A DNA stretch of 35,108 nt from Coprobacillus sp. (GTDB lineage: Bacteria > Bacillota_I > Bacilli_A > RFN20 > CAG-826), in NCBI GenBank assembly GCA_021203745.1, contig JAJQAP010000034.1, positions 4,317 through 39,424 of the forward strand. The letters run 5' to 3'. The translations under genes and the position numbers were made by a program. The notes beneath the pieces are model-generated. The model was given only the letters and a program-made list of their open reading frames with translations. It did not search any database and was not told the origin of the DNA. Position 1 is the first letter of the stretch. Every line of letters begins with the position of its first letter. Below are positions 1-10,091 of this stretch, one piece after another.

Positions 1-122
1 TCATCTGGGTTTACATCCACACCAACATCGACATCACCGACATCGACATTTACTTCACATGCCCCTAAGCCTAGTACTAGAGATAGCATGGCGATACAAG
101 TAAAGAATTTCGTTTTTTTCAT
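1..122 (-). CDS. Lipoprotein, N-terminal part only (runs off the window edge)
   Basis: Not in the ORF track. ATG at 122 reads MKKTKFFTCIAMLSLVLGLGAC-EVNVDVGDVDVGVDVNPD: signal peptide with LGAC lipobox. RBS AAGGAGA at 131-137. Confidence 0.8.
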   Translation of the reverse strand, partial: MKKTKFFTCIAMLSLVLGLGACEVNVDVGDVDVGVDVNPD

Positions 123-211
123 TTACTAAATCTCCTTTATTAAATATTTATTTCTAAACATAGAAAAATTAAGAATGGCTTAAAATCTATATGTTTAGAT
201 TTGATGCTTTT

Positions 212-239
212 ATTGTACACACAAAAAAAAAAAAAACAA
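212..239 (-). promoter_or_regulatory. Predicted sigma-A promoter with a T14 tract spanning the -35 and spacer
   Basis: Minus strand TTGTTT (239-234), 16-nt spacer, TACAAT (217-212); A14 run on the plus strand at 223-236. Confidence 0.6.
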
Positions 240-244
240 GATTT

Positions 245-262
245 TAGGAAAGCGGTTTCCTA
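245..262. promoter_or_regulatory. LacI-family operator, copy 1
   Basis: Palindrome TAGGAAAGCGGTTTCCTA with central CG; matches copies at 12644 and 12808. Confidence 0.8.
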
Positions 263-284
263 TAGTCTCATTTTTTATCATTCT

Positions 285-2015
285 TTATTTATAGACACGA
301 ACGTAATCGACATACATATTCGCACTAGTAAAGCTAGATTCGGGTGATTTATTATCATCAAAATTACCACCAACAGCAAGGTTTAAAATGATATAGAAAG
401 GAACATCAAATGGAGCGGTCTCACTAGAAGTGTCTCCTCCTGAATACCACTGGTTAGAATTTATCGACATCGTTAAAGAGTCGTCACAGTAATAAGAGAT
501 GTTGTTTGTGGCCCAAATAACAGAATATGTATGCCACTCGCTAGCGGGACTATTTAATGTATACTCTGTTGATTTATATTCATCGTAGACATTGCCGTAA
601 TGCAATGCACTAGATCCCCAGTATGGTAATCTTCCTTTTCCTTCAAAGATATCAATCTCACCGCTAGAAGGCCAAGTCCCATAGATAGAAGAGTCGACTG
701 GTAGTAGCCAGAAAGCGGGCCACATCCCGGTTTGTGTATCGTATTTAATTCTTGCTTCGACTTTCCCGTATGTAAGGTCAAATAGACCAAAGGTTCTTAT
801 TCTCCCTGACGTATATTGATAATAATCATCGGTTCCATAGATATGTTCTTTTTTCGCACTGATGAGAAGATTTCCGTTTGCGGTAGAAACATTAGACTCT
901 TGATACCATTCTAGTTCGTTATTCCCCCAACCAAAACCAGGTTCACCCGCGCCATATCCTCCTCCTGTCTGGTAAGACCATTTAGACTTATCTAGAGATG
1001 ATCCTTCAAACTCATCAGACCATATAAGGGTTGTATAATCCCCTCCATATAGAGTCCAACTAAAGGCGATAAGAGAAAAGGATATAGTTCCATTTGTGAC
1101 ACATGAGTTTGTGGATTCCACTCCCATCTGGATAGAGATATCGGCACTATTATCACTACTAAAGAGATTATCTATACTAACACTATTAAAGCCATTAACG
1201 ACTTGTATAACATTACCATTAACTGTAATAGAATCGTTAAAGTTAGCATTAAACTCTAAAGTTAAAGAGTACATACTACCATTAGTGAGTCCAACATCTT
1301 TTGGTAATTTTAAGAAAAGCTGCATATCCCACCACAAAGTGGAGCCAGTCGTCGACCAACTAAAATCGTAAGTCGCGCTATTTGCGTTATATGAATAGGT
1401 ACCAACATATGGTGTAGAGCCCCCGTCATAAGAGTAGTTAGACCAGTAATATAAATTACCATCACTAAGACTTACCACTTCTGTCTCTGCCATATACCTA
1501 GAGGGAGATAGTATCTTATCTAGTTCTACTTTATAGTACTCATCTTCATCTTCTGGGATTTCAACATCTGGGTCTTGACTCTCTCCAGTTTCATTATCTT
1601 TAACTGTTACTAGACAAGAAGCGGTTAACCCGAGATCAGTTGTGGTCGCAGTCACTAGGGCATTACCCTCTTTTAAACAGTTTAGTGTGGTCCCGTTAAT
1701 TGATATAACACTTAAATCAGATGAGTAAAGTGAATAGGATTTATCGTCAGCATTATCAGGTTTGACACTGATTAAAGAGGCTATATCAAACTTATCTCCT
1801 GTATATACAGAGAGTGTACTACTAAAAAAGGAGATAGATTCAACATGGATCACTCCATCATCATCATCATCCTCTTCAGTAGGAGAAGTGTCTATATCTA
1901 TAGACTCACTTGAACTATCACTAGAAGTTTGTCCACCTATAGTAAAAGAGAGATCGCAACTAGTAAGTGATAAGACACTAATAAGTAAGATAGATAGTAA
2001 GTATTTAAGTTTCAT
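285..2015 (-). CDS. Lipoprotein GH16 endo-beta-1,3-glucanase (laminarinase-type) with Ig-like and probable CBM-like domains
   Basis: LTSC lipobox, acidic linkers, Big_2-like domain, C-terminal GH16 with GWGNNELEWY, WPAFWLLP, GEIDIFE, ILNLAVGG, VDYVRVY. Confidence 0.9.
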   Translation of the reverse strand: MKLKYLLSILLISVLSLTSCDLSFTIGGQTSSDSSSESIDIDTSPTEEDDDDDGVIHVESISFFSSTLSVYTGDKFDIASLISVKPDNADDKSYSLYSSDLSVISINGTTLNCLKEGNALVTATTTDLGLTASCLVTVKDNETGESQDPDVEIPEDEDEYYKVELDKILSPSRYMAETEVVSLSDGNLYYWSNYSYDGGSTPYVGTYSYNANSATYDFSWSTTGSTLWWDMQLFLKLPKDVGLTNGSMYSLTLEFNANFNDSITVNGNVIQVVNGFNSVSIDNLFSSDNSADISIQMGVESTNSCVTNGTISFSLIAFSWTLYGGDYTTLIWSDEFEGSSLDKSKWSYQTGGGYGAGEPGFGWGNNELEWYQESNVSTANGNLLISAKKEHIYGTDDYYQYTSGRIRTFGLFDLTYGKVEARIKYDTQTGMWPAFWLLPVDSSIYGTWPSSGEIDIFEGKGRLPYWGSSALHYGNVYDEYKSTEYTLNSPASEWHTYSVIWATNNISYYCDDSLTMSINSNQWYSGGDTSSETAPFDVPFYIILNLAVGGNFDDNKSPESSFTSANMYVDYVRVYK

Positions 2016-2018
2016 GTA

Positions 2019-3608
2019 TTAACGAAGTGCCTTTGTACTTAAGGGGTCAAAGAGAGTCACTTTTTTAAGGTCAATAGAGGCTTTTACCTTATCTCCTCTT
2101 GATAATTCTGTATCCGCACCAGCTTTTGCGATAATGTTATCGTCTTCAAAGAACTTTAAATGGAGATAGTATTCATTACCAAGAAGTTCCGCAACATCAA
2201 CTTCATACTCTTTAAACTCGGTTAAGGCTGTGGCTTTCGTTGGTTCTCCTTCAATATGGATATCTTCTGGTCTAATACCAAAGAGGATTGGGTGTTTCTT
2301 TGTTTTTAGGTACTCTTCATATTCACTGATATGTTCTCTCATCTCTTGGATAGGAGTATCTTCTTCTATCTCTTTAGCAACTTCAGGATCAGAAGGGTCT
2401 TTCATGATGACCTCTTCCTTATTCTTTTTATTGACAGAGGTACAATAATTTTGGATACGTTTATCGATTTCTCCCTTCAAATACTCGATTTCATCCTTAT
2501 AGAATTTATCGTGTATTTTGGTGTATTCCTTTAGTGTTATTACCTCTCCATTTTTAAAGGTAATAACACCATCATCATAATCACCCTCAATGATATTCAT
2601 CGCTGGAGATCCAATAAAGGTGCCCACAAACGTATTAGCGGGGTGGTTATATATTTCTTTTGGAGTGCCAATCTGCTGGATATGACCTTTATCCATAACG
2701 ACGATTCTTGTGGCCATCGTCATCGCTTCTGTCTGGTCATGGGTAACATAAATCGTCGTCGCTCCTAGTTGATGATGGAGTTTAGTAAGTTCACTTCTCA
2801 TCTGCACTCTGAGTTTAGCATCGAGGTTAGAGAGCGGTTCATCCATTAAGAAGATCTTGGTGTTACGAACGATTGCCCTCCCGAGCGCCACTCTTTGACA
2901 CTGACCTCCAGATAAGGCTCTTGGCTTTCGATCAAGATAATCTTCTATTTCGAGGATTTTCGCGGCGTTATGCACTCTTTCATCGATTTCATCTTTTGGA
3001 ACATGACGCATTTCAAGACCAAAAGCGAGGTTTTGATAAACGGTCATATGAGGATAGAGGGCATAGGACTGGAACACCATCGCTACATCTCTATCTTTGG
3101 GTTCTAGTTGATTAGCATACACCCCATTGATATATAGGTCACCTGCGGTTATATCTTCTAGTCCTGCAATCATACGTAATGTGGTTGATTTCCCGCATCC
3201 TGATGGTCCCACAAAAACGACAAATTCTCTTTCTTTTATATCGAGTGAGAAATCAAAGACCGCTTGAACGTGGTTAGCGTAGATCTTATTGACATTTTGG
3301 ATAGAGATACAGACACCTTCTGGAGCGACTTTCTCTTTCTTACGGTTTTCCTTTTCATATAAAACCATTTGACGATAGATATAGTCATTTTGTTTTTCTG
3401 TCGCTTTATCATCGATCTCTTTTTGCTTGTTTAAAGCGGCTCTTTCTTTTTTGCGTTCTTTTCGCTGTGCTTTCTGCTTTTCTTTTAACCTTTTGTAGTA
3501 TTCTTTTTCACTAAGTGGCTCTCCGTTTTCATCGAGATAATCTTCGACTTCTTCCTCTTCCGTTATCTCCTCTTCTTCAAGCTCTTGTTCAATTTGTTCG
3601 TCTTTCAT
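2019..3608 (-). CDS. Sugar ABC transporter ATPase (MsmK/MalK family) with charged N-terminal extension
   Basis: Walker [33 protein letters not shown]-terminal TOBE-like GIRPEDI. Start moved from 3635 to ATG 3608 because a GGGGAGG RBS precedes it. Confidence 0.93.
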   Translation of the reverse strand: MKDEQIEQELEEEEITEEEEVEDYLDENGEPLSEKEYYKRLKEKQKAQRKERKKERAALNKQKEIDDKATEKQNDYIYRQMVLYEKENRKKEKVAPEGVCISIQNVNKIYANHVQAVFDFSLDIKEREFVVFVGPSGCGKSTTLRMIAGLEDITAGDLYINGVYANQLEPKDRDVAMVFQSYALYPHMTVYQNLAFGLEMRHVPKDEIDERVHNAAKILEIEDYLDRKPRALSGGQCQRVALGRAIVRNTKIFLMDEPLSNLDAKLRVQMRSELTKLHHQLGATTIYVTHDQTEAMTMATRIVVMDKGHIQQIGTPKEIYNHPANTFVGTFIGSPAMNIIEGDYDDGVITFKNGEVITLKEYTKIHDKFYKDEIEYLKGEIDKRIQNYCTSVNKKNKEEVIMKDPSDPEVAKEIEEDTPIQEMREHISEYEEYLKTKKHPILFGIRPEDIHIEGEPTKATALTEFKEYEVDVAELLGNEYYLHLKFFEDDNIIAKAGADTELSRGDKVKASIDLKKVTLFDPLSTKALR

Positions 3609-3609
3609 T

Positions 3610-4494
3610 TTAATCGACCTCCCCAATATATTCATACATTCTGACGCAATCTATTTTCATTTCGCACTCACGAAAGTCATCTTCAGGTTCTAGATATCCA
3701 TCAAAGTGACCTCCAACTGCGCAGTTAATTAGCATATGAAACTCCGTATCAAATGGAGCGCGTGGATTATCATAATCCGCCTCAGTCCACCAACAGTTAA
3801 TTCCTGTAGAGTTCATCCTCATCACTTCGTCGTCATCGACATACCACACCATATAATCAGGGAACCATTCCAATGCGTACCAATGGTAGTTAGAGATATT
3901 ATCGTTTCCACTCATGATATATGTTTTTGTGGTGTACGTACTAGTGTGTTCTTGACCATAATGGAGGGCGCAGCTTGTCATATCGGTAACTCTTCCTCTT
4001 GCCTCCATTATATCAATCTCCCCAGATGCTGCCCAAATACCATAGGGGGTATTATCTTCTGGGAGCATCCAAAATGCTGGCCACATACCTTGGACCATAG
4101 GAAGAGATATAAGTGCTTCTATTCTTCCATATTTAGTATACATCTTTCCCTTACTTCTTATACGGGTGGATGTATATTTATAACCTTTATAATCTTCTCT
4201 TCTAATATGGATAGTCATTTCACTATTTTCAAATGTTGCGTTTTCATCGGTGTAGTATTCTAGTTCTTCGTTTCCCCAACCGACGTTACCATACTCCTCT
4301 CCGTTTCCAATCATGTACTCCCATTTAGATTCATCTAAATGGTCGAGATCAAACTCATCTTCAAAGATTAAGGAGAATTGAGTCTGATCTACATATGGTT
4401 CATAACGTCGATGACTAGTTTCATTACATCCGGTTATTGAGGATATAGATAGTAAGACAACTGAAGGAACAAGGATAAGTTTAGAGACTCTCAT
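3610..4494 (-). CDS. Lipoprotein GH16 beta-1,3-glucanase (single domain)
   Basis: ITGC lipobox; [25 protein letters not shown] catalytic motif. Confidence 0.92.
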   Translation of the reverse strand: MRVSKLILVPSVVLLSISSITGCNETSHRRYEPYVDQTQFSLIFEDEFDLDHLDESKWEYMIGNGEEYGNVGWGNEELEYYTDENATFENSEMTIHIRREDYKGYKYTSTRIRSKGKMYTKYGRIEALISLPMVQGMWPAFWMLPEDNTPYGIWAASGEIDIMEARGRVTDMTSCALHYGQEHTSTYTTKTYIMSGNDNISNYHWYALEWFPDYMVWYVDDDEVMRMNSTGINCWWTEADYDNPRAPFDTEFHMLINCAVGGHFDGYLEPEDDFRECEMKIDCVRMYEYIGEVD

Positions 4495-7400
4495 TTGGAA
4501 TTACCTCCACTTCGATTTTGTCTATTTTTGCCGCTCTTATATCTTTAACAAGACTAGGTTCACTAATAATATCTTTATACTCTTTATCATTAATCTTATA
4601 GAGAAGATGAGAGCCTTTATATGTATCAATTCTCGATGGGTTATGATAAATAATCTTTATTTTTCCAAGAAAGGTATAACTAACTTTATCATCACCATCA
4701 AAGAAAGAAGATGGGAGTACTGGATTTAAAGAGAAGGTAAGAGTCCCTTTTGTATCTAGTTTAAATGGGTGCTCACCAATAAAGATGATATTACTCATAT
4801 TGAGTACTTCGCTATTTGCCCCGGTTAGTCTAGCAAAATATCCTCTTCCCCATCTCGAACTGTCTGGATTACAAGTTGGAACGATAAAGGAAACATTCTC
4901 AATTGGACTACGTCCATAAACACTTGGATCCATGTAACAGACAAAGTTTGTTTTTAACTCGGTATAAAACTCGTCATAATAGCCCGCTTCTAATAGTCCT
5001 AAAAGGTATTTATAAGCCATATGAACAAAATCGCATTCTCTTTCTAGCCATCCTTTCGTAAAGGCATGCACTCTTCCTATTTCAAAGGGGGCATCGTCTA
5101 TTGCGGCGCATGTTTTATATATCCCTAGACTCTTATCATAAAGATCTGATTCCTTTATATATTTATAGTCTTCTAGTGTGGCAACATCCTTCCCTAGTTT
5201 AAACATGCGCGCACTGGCTTCTAGGAATGGGGGTATAGTCTCTAGAGTAAACTCTTTAACTTTTACTGTCTTTAAACCTAGATGAGATACTTTACCAGTT
5301 TCTTCATACTCTTTAACGTTATAGATAAGATAAGAGGGAAGAATTCCACCACCTATCTCTTTAGCCTCTTTAATACCTTTTGTAAGGATACTATCTACCT
5401 TAGAAAGAAATAGAATAATATCGTTAATCTTAATCTTTTTAGACGCGCCTTTAACAAAATAATGAACTTTATCTCTAAAGGTTTCTCTCGCACTTGTAAC
5501 CTTATCCCAATAGCTAAAAGAGGATAAAGAGCTTTTGATAAGTAAATCGAGGTTCTTATTAACTTCTTTATAGAAGCTATACTGCTCTAAGAGGATATAG
5601 ATACTTTTCTTTCTATCTTTTTTTGAAAGTGATCTTAAAGACTTAGAGAGAAACCTAGTTAATCTAAGGAGTTCCACAGTTTCACTAAGGCCACTGCTAA
5701 AGAGTCCAGGTAGCCCATTCATCGCATCGTTCCATCCAGGTTTCTCGCACTCCATCTCTATCCCTAGCTGCTTAGAATCGAGAGTGGAAAATTTAATGAG
5801 GATTAAGTTAAATATTTTACTTAGAAGGGTTGTTTGAACTTGTGTCCCATGCTTATCCACTAACCAATGGGTTTCATTCATATCAAAGCCTTTATCTTTA
5901 GCCTCTCTTTCTACCGCTTTTAAGTCGATTGCCCCGTATTGACGTACTTGTTTATCCTCTGTTAAGCAATACTTTTCGCTTCTTGGATTTACATAGACAA
6001 GAGAATAGAAGTATTTATAAGAATCATCAAAGAGAAGGTCTTTAATTCTATCTGGATAGATGGCTATATAGTTTTCGAGTAGATCGACATTATATGTCCA
6101 GTGATCAATCCAGTACCCTTCTGAGAAAGAGGCTTCCACTTCTTGATTAGAGTGATCAATTATCATTTCAAAGAGTTCTAATTGGTCTTTATCTTTTAAA
6201 TACGTATATAAAGAAGATGGACTATAATCCTTAATTAACTCTTTTAATTCTTGCCTATTTTCATATTTATCTAGTATCGATAAATCAAAGGTATCTTTTA
6301 TATGAAAGGAGTTAGGTTTTATCGTTAATGGGTTTTGTCCATCAATCTGAATAAGATTAAAGAAAGTCTTAATATTATAATCGTTTAGATACGGAGCGAA
6401 GTATAAGTCATTTCTTCGATTCTGATTTATATCGCGAAAGTTCCCATTCCCTGAAGAATAGAACTGGTAAGGGATATTAAAGAAGTTATAATCACGCTCC
6501 ATATCTCCATGTTTACGTCCATAGACATAATATGGAGTGTTTCCAATTAATGTTGGGAAGCCCCCACGTAGCCCATTATCGAGATATGACTGTTTAATAT
6601 AGTTATCAAAGACTTCATTTGAGGTATGGAGGTCAACACTTTTAAGGAGATCATTAACTATCTTACTTGTTTCATCTTTAAGGATGATATCTAAGAGATT
6701 ATCGTTATTTACAATATAAGTATTAAACTCCTCTAAAGAGGAAAAAGAGCCATATAGAGAGTAAAATGTTAGACTTTCTCCTGGCTCTAGACTAATCGAG
6801 AGCCCCGAAAAAGCACAAGGTAAGATATTCTCTTCTTGAATAGTCTGATTAATAAACTCTTTATACTCTTTTTCGATAAAGTTAACTGGATGGATGAGGG
6901 CGCTGTCCCCACCAAAAACAAGATCGAGATTAATGAATGGGTCTAGGGCTATCTTTTTACCATCCCTTATATAGAATGAATAAAAGCCATTACCCTCCAC
7001 CCTCTCTTTCACCACTGGGTTATCCCCTGTCGATGTTTTAAACTTGACGAATGGTGCTTTTTTATCGAGGTTATGGATTTGACAGTACGCTTGCATTAAA
7101 GAAACTTCTTCTTTATAAGCGACATTATCGAGTCCATAAGGGAAAAACACCGGTAAACCATCGAGGATATCGTATGTAAGTGTTTTTGAAGATGGATTAG
7201 TAATCGTCACCTTTCTAATTAAAGAGTTAAAAGGCTCGTTAGATATCGTGTTATAGTTAACACTAATCTCGTAAAGATTAGATTTTTCTTCAATTGTAAT
7301 ATTTGTTTTATCGATTTTTAAAATCTGGTCATCGGGTTTAGAAAAAGGTTCATAGGTTTTACCATTTACTTTAATAAAGGTTCTAAAACCCTTTAAAGGG

Positions 7401-7618
7401 ATATTCTGATAGGCAAGAGTGGCACTGTCAAACGGGGTAATTGGAGTGTTACGAGAATCCACTCCAAAACCACCGACACACTGACCGACACTCGCATAAA
7501 ACACCCACATTGGTTTTCCTCTCTCCCCCGCAATCGCGGGTAAAAAGGAAGAGAATGTTTTCCCATTTAAATAGTCCTTTATGATAAATGTGTCACCACT
7601 AAATTCGTATTTAACCAT
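4481..7618 (-). CDS. Beta-1,3-glucan phosphorylase, probably GH161
   Basis: 1045 aa, no signal peptide; motifs RKHGDMERDYNFF, GNGNFRDINQNRR, GYWIDHWTY, GIEMECEKPGWNDAMNGLPG, GWLERE as I recall them from GH161 enzymes; context of GH16 genes and ABC transporter. Confidence 0.75.
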   Translation of the reverse strand: MVKYEFSGDTFIIKDYLNGKTFSSFLPAIAGERGKPMWVFYASVGQCVGGFGVDSRNTPITPFDSATLAYQNIPLKGFRTFIKVNGKTYEPFSKPDDQILKIDKTNITIEEKSNLYEISVNYNTISNEPFNSLIRKVTITNPSSKTLTYDILDGLPVFFPYGLDNVAYKEEVSLMQAYCQIHNLDKKAPFVKFKTSTGDNPVVKERVEGNGFYSFYIRDGKKIALDPFINLDLVFGGDSALIHPVNFIEKEYKEFINQTIQEENILPCAFSGLSISLEPGESLTFYSLYGSFSSLEEFNTYIVNNDNLLDIILKDETSKIVNDLLKSVDLHTSNEVFDNYIKQSYLDNGLRGGFPTLIGNTPYYVYGRKHGDMERDYNFFNIPYQFYSSGNGNFRDINQNRRNDLYFAPYLNDYNIKTFFNLIQIDGQNPLTIKPNSFHIKDTFDLSILDKYENRQELKELIKDYSPSSLYTYLKDKDQLELFEMIIDHSNQEVEASFSEGYWIDHWTYNVDLLENYIAIYPDRIKDLLFDDSYKYFYSLVYVNPRSEKYCLTEDKQVRQYGAIDLKAVEREAKDKGFDMNETHWLVDKHGTQVQTTLLSKIFNLILIKFSTLDSKQLGIEMECEKPGWNDAMNGLPGLFSSGLSETVELLRLTRFLSKSLRSLSKKDRKKSIYILLEQYSFYKEVNKNLDLLIKSSLSSFSYWDKVTSARETFRDKVHYFVKGASKKIKINDIILFLSKVDSILTKGIKEAKEIGGGILPSYLIYNVKEYEETGKVSHLGLKTVKVKEFTLETIPPFLEASARMFKLGKDVATLEDYKYIKESDLYDKSLGIYKTCAAIDDAPFEIGRVHAFTKGWLERECDFVHMAYKYLLGLLEAGYYDEFYTELKTNFVCYMDPSVYGRSPIENVSFIVPTCNPDSSRWGRGYFARLTGANSEVLNMSNIIFIGEHPFKLDTKGTLTFSLNPVLPSSFFDGDDKVSYTFLGKIKIIYHNPSRIDTYKGSHLLYKINDKEYKDIISEPSLVKDIRAAKIDKIEVEVIPNESL

Positions 7619-7653
7619 ACTAAACCCTAGAAGTATTTATTTAGTTTTAATCA

Positions 7654-9102
7654 TTATTCTCCGTAAATATATGAGGAGATAATTGGGCACTTTAAGGAAG
7701 GTAAAACACCATCCTCGATATCCCAAATATCGGTATCATAAGTTGTGTAGAGTTCCGCCTTAACGATATCCTCATCGGAGTAAACATCGCAGTTTGTGAT
7801 TTGACCAAGATCGACATCTCCAGATGTTGGTTTATTCTCTCCTTTATGGGTTTGACCAAAACTAGCAGCGTGAGTGGTATAACCTTCTAGTTCGGGTTGA
7901 ATAACATCAAAAGCAGAAGATGTGCAGTTAATAGCAGTTCCCCAGCATTTACCAACGAAAGAGTAGACACCATTGGTAGGCATATTATTGGAATCTGTTG
8001 CTTTCCCTGATCCAGAAGCGGCATCTTTATCCACAGCGCAGAAAATCCATTCAGGAAGTTGCATATTATCTCCACTTGCCGCGTGATCCCATCCATTACC
8101 TGGGGTGCCAATATAATCCGCGCCAAAATCGATATAATAGTCAGGCATGCTGACGCTTGTGTTATAGCAGATAACATTAGAGACAACCGCCCCAGAAGAG
8201 ATAATTCCTACCACTCCCCCGCAGTTACAATCATCATCATAGAAGTGTGTGGCCATCGTGACGGAAGAGTTAGTTACAAGACAATTTTCTAGTGTTCCCA
8301 TGATGTTTCCAGCGACCGCACCAACAATGGTTCTTCCTGTAACATCGAGGTTATCAAAATGAACGTTTCTAACAACACCTGAAGAGCCAATAACTTGGAA
8401 GAGTCCAATATTATCGCCATTAACATGGCAGCCCTCACTAAATCCATATCTATCAGAAGAATATGTTCCGTAGTAGACATCGGAGTTTGATGGATAGACC
8501 TCTCCTTTTGAAGACCACTGGACTTGTTGACCAGGGAGTTCAGAATAGGCTAGATGGGCGTTAGAAACTGTATATCCATTACCCTCTAATGTTCCATGGA
8601 AGTACTCATTTCTTGGATCCGTTTCTTCATAGAAGCGACCAAATGGTTCAAAGTTAGGGATACTAGATAGGTCGATATCATTCCCTAAAGCGTATGTCCC
8701 TGATAGGTTATCATTAATCGCTTGAAACTCGTCTGCATTTCTTATTACTTTGGTGCAGATCATGACGTTGACTCTTTCCACACTTCCATCAGTGTAAGTG
8801 ACTGTCATTGTCTTTTCTCCGGTTCCCTGCTGAGAGAAATAGGAACCGTCAATTGTTAAGATTCCATTTTTATAGGAGTATTGAGATTTATCCGCAAAAT
8901 AACGTGACATACTGATTTCTTCAATCTTTTTATCAGCATTATCTAGCTCCACTCCTACTAGGTAGTCTTGTTCACTACTATCATAGATAAGTAAGTCTTT
9001 TTGGTAGATTTCTTCTCCTTTTTGTAATGAGACACCACCGCATCCAGTCAGTGAACCCACCGCAAGGAGACACGCTACCATACTAAGTCCGATTTTTTTC
9101 AT
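7654..9102 (-). CDS. Uncharacterised lipoprotein with Ig/X2-like domain and GLUG-like beta-helix region
   Basis: LTGC lipobox; YSYKNGILTIDGSYF..GEKTMTVTYTDG Ig-like stretch; YALGNDIDL, FHGTLEGNGYTVSN, IGLF, VGAVAG and CGGVVG repeats. Confidence 0.7.
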   Translation of the reverse strand: MKKIGLSMVACLLAVGSLTGCGGVSLQKGEEIYQKDLLIYDSSEQDYLVGVELDNADKKIEEISMSRYFADKSQYSYKNGILTIDGSYFSQQGTGEKTMTVTYTDGSVERVNVMICTKVIRNADEFQAINDNLSGTYALGNDIDLSSIPNFEPFGRFYEETDPRNEYFHGTLEGNGYTVSNAHLAYSELPGQQVQWSSKGEVYPSNSDVYYGTYSSDRYGFSEGCHVNGDNIGLFQVIGSSGVVRNVHFDNLDVTGRTIVGAVAGNIMGTLENCLVTNSSVTMATHFYDDDCNCGGVVGIISSGAVVSNVICYNTSVSMPDYYIDFGADYIGTPGNGWDHAASGDNMQLPEWIFCAVDKDAASGSGKATDSNNMPTNGVYSFVGKCWGTAINCTSSAFDVIQPELEGYTTHAASFGQTHKGENKPTSGDVDLGQITNCDVYSDEDIVKAELYTTYDTDIWDIEDGVLPSLKCPIISSYIYGE

Positions 9103-9144
9103 AATTAAATCCCCTTTATTAATAAATTTATTTAAAGATAATAA

Positions 9145-10089
9145 TTAACCTTTTAAACCTCCAACTGAGGTATTTTCCATAATAGTCCTATTAAAGACAA
9201 TAAATAGGATGATAATTGGTATGATGGCGACGATTATTGTGGCAAACAGCAGAGGATAACTGTTTTTCTGCAGCATCTGGTCGGAAAGCGTTTTTAAACC
9301 GACGGCAATCGTTGGTTTCTGTGGTAAGTAAATACTTGGAGTTAAATAATCGTTCCAAAGACCAATTAACTGAATGATTGAAACCGCGATAATTGAACCT
9401 TTTGCCATAGGAATAATAATTCTAAAGAAGATGACAAAGTCATTGGCTCCATCGATTTTTGCCGCCTCTACATAAGTCCAACTTAAATTCTTAAAGAATG
9501 AATATAGAAGCAAGAAGTTAGAACCAAATCCTCCTGAGTAGAGGAATATACATCCTATCACAGTGTTTGTCAGTCCCATCGCTCTCATGAGTTGAATCTG
9601 AGAAGGTAATGCTCCAACGATAGGGACAATGAGCGAGAAGATAACAACCGCCCAAATAACATTTCTTCCTGGGAATTTATACTTTGCCACAACGTAAGCC
9701 GCACAACTTGAGAAAAACACGGTGACAATTGTTCCTACTCCCGCGATAAGTACAGACATCCCAAGCATCTGCCAAATATTAAACTCGCCCGTTGATCTAG
9801 ATGTACGTGTGGTAAAAGCTTCTTTATAGTTTTCCCATGTTAATTGGCTAGGCCAAGACATAAAGTTATCCGCAAACTCAGATGTCGTTTTAAAAGAGTT
9901 CATAAGCATCCAGGCAAATGGGAAGAGGAATGTTATTGCAAAAACAATAAAGATAACAAGGACGATAATAAAGACCGCTCTTTCAAGCCCTTTTCTCTTA
10001 TAGAGAACGTCGTGCTTTCTCGCGTAGCGAGTTTCCTTAGTGCGTTCTCTTCTTCCTTTCCACCAACGGGTTATTGCGTTTTGTGCCAT
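9145..10089 (-). CDS. Carbohydrate ABC transporter permease (MalG-like)
   Basis: About six TM segments; EAAKIDGA motif; WNDYL. Confidence 0.93.
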   Translation of the reverse strand: MAQNAITRWWKGRRERTKETRYARKHDVLYKRKGLERAVFIIVLVIFIVFAITFLFPFAWMLMNSFKTTSEFADNFMSWPSQLTWENYKEAFTTRTSRSTGEFNIWQMLGMSVLIAGVGTIVTVFFSSCAAYVVAKYKFPGRNVIWAVVIFSLIVPIVGALPSQIQLMRAMGLTNTVIGCIFLYSGGFGSNFLLLYSFFKNLSWTYVEAAKIDGANDFVIFFRIIIPMAKGSIIAVSIIQLIGLWNDYLTPSIYLPQKPTIAVGLKTLSDQMLQKNSYPLLFATIIVAIIPIIILFIVFNRTIMENTSVGGLKG

Positions 10090-10091
10090 AG

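Noticed and set aside
1856-1870. (CAT)5 microsatellite
   Set aside because: Encodes the poly-Asp linker of the GH16 lipoprotein; in frame, no switch implied.
3736-4263. 175-aa plus-strand ORF and the other short antisense or alternate-frame ORFs in the track
   Set aside because: All lie within well-supported genes and show no recognisable motifs; treated as shadow ORFs.
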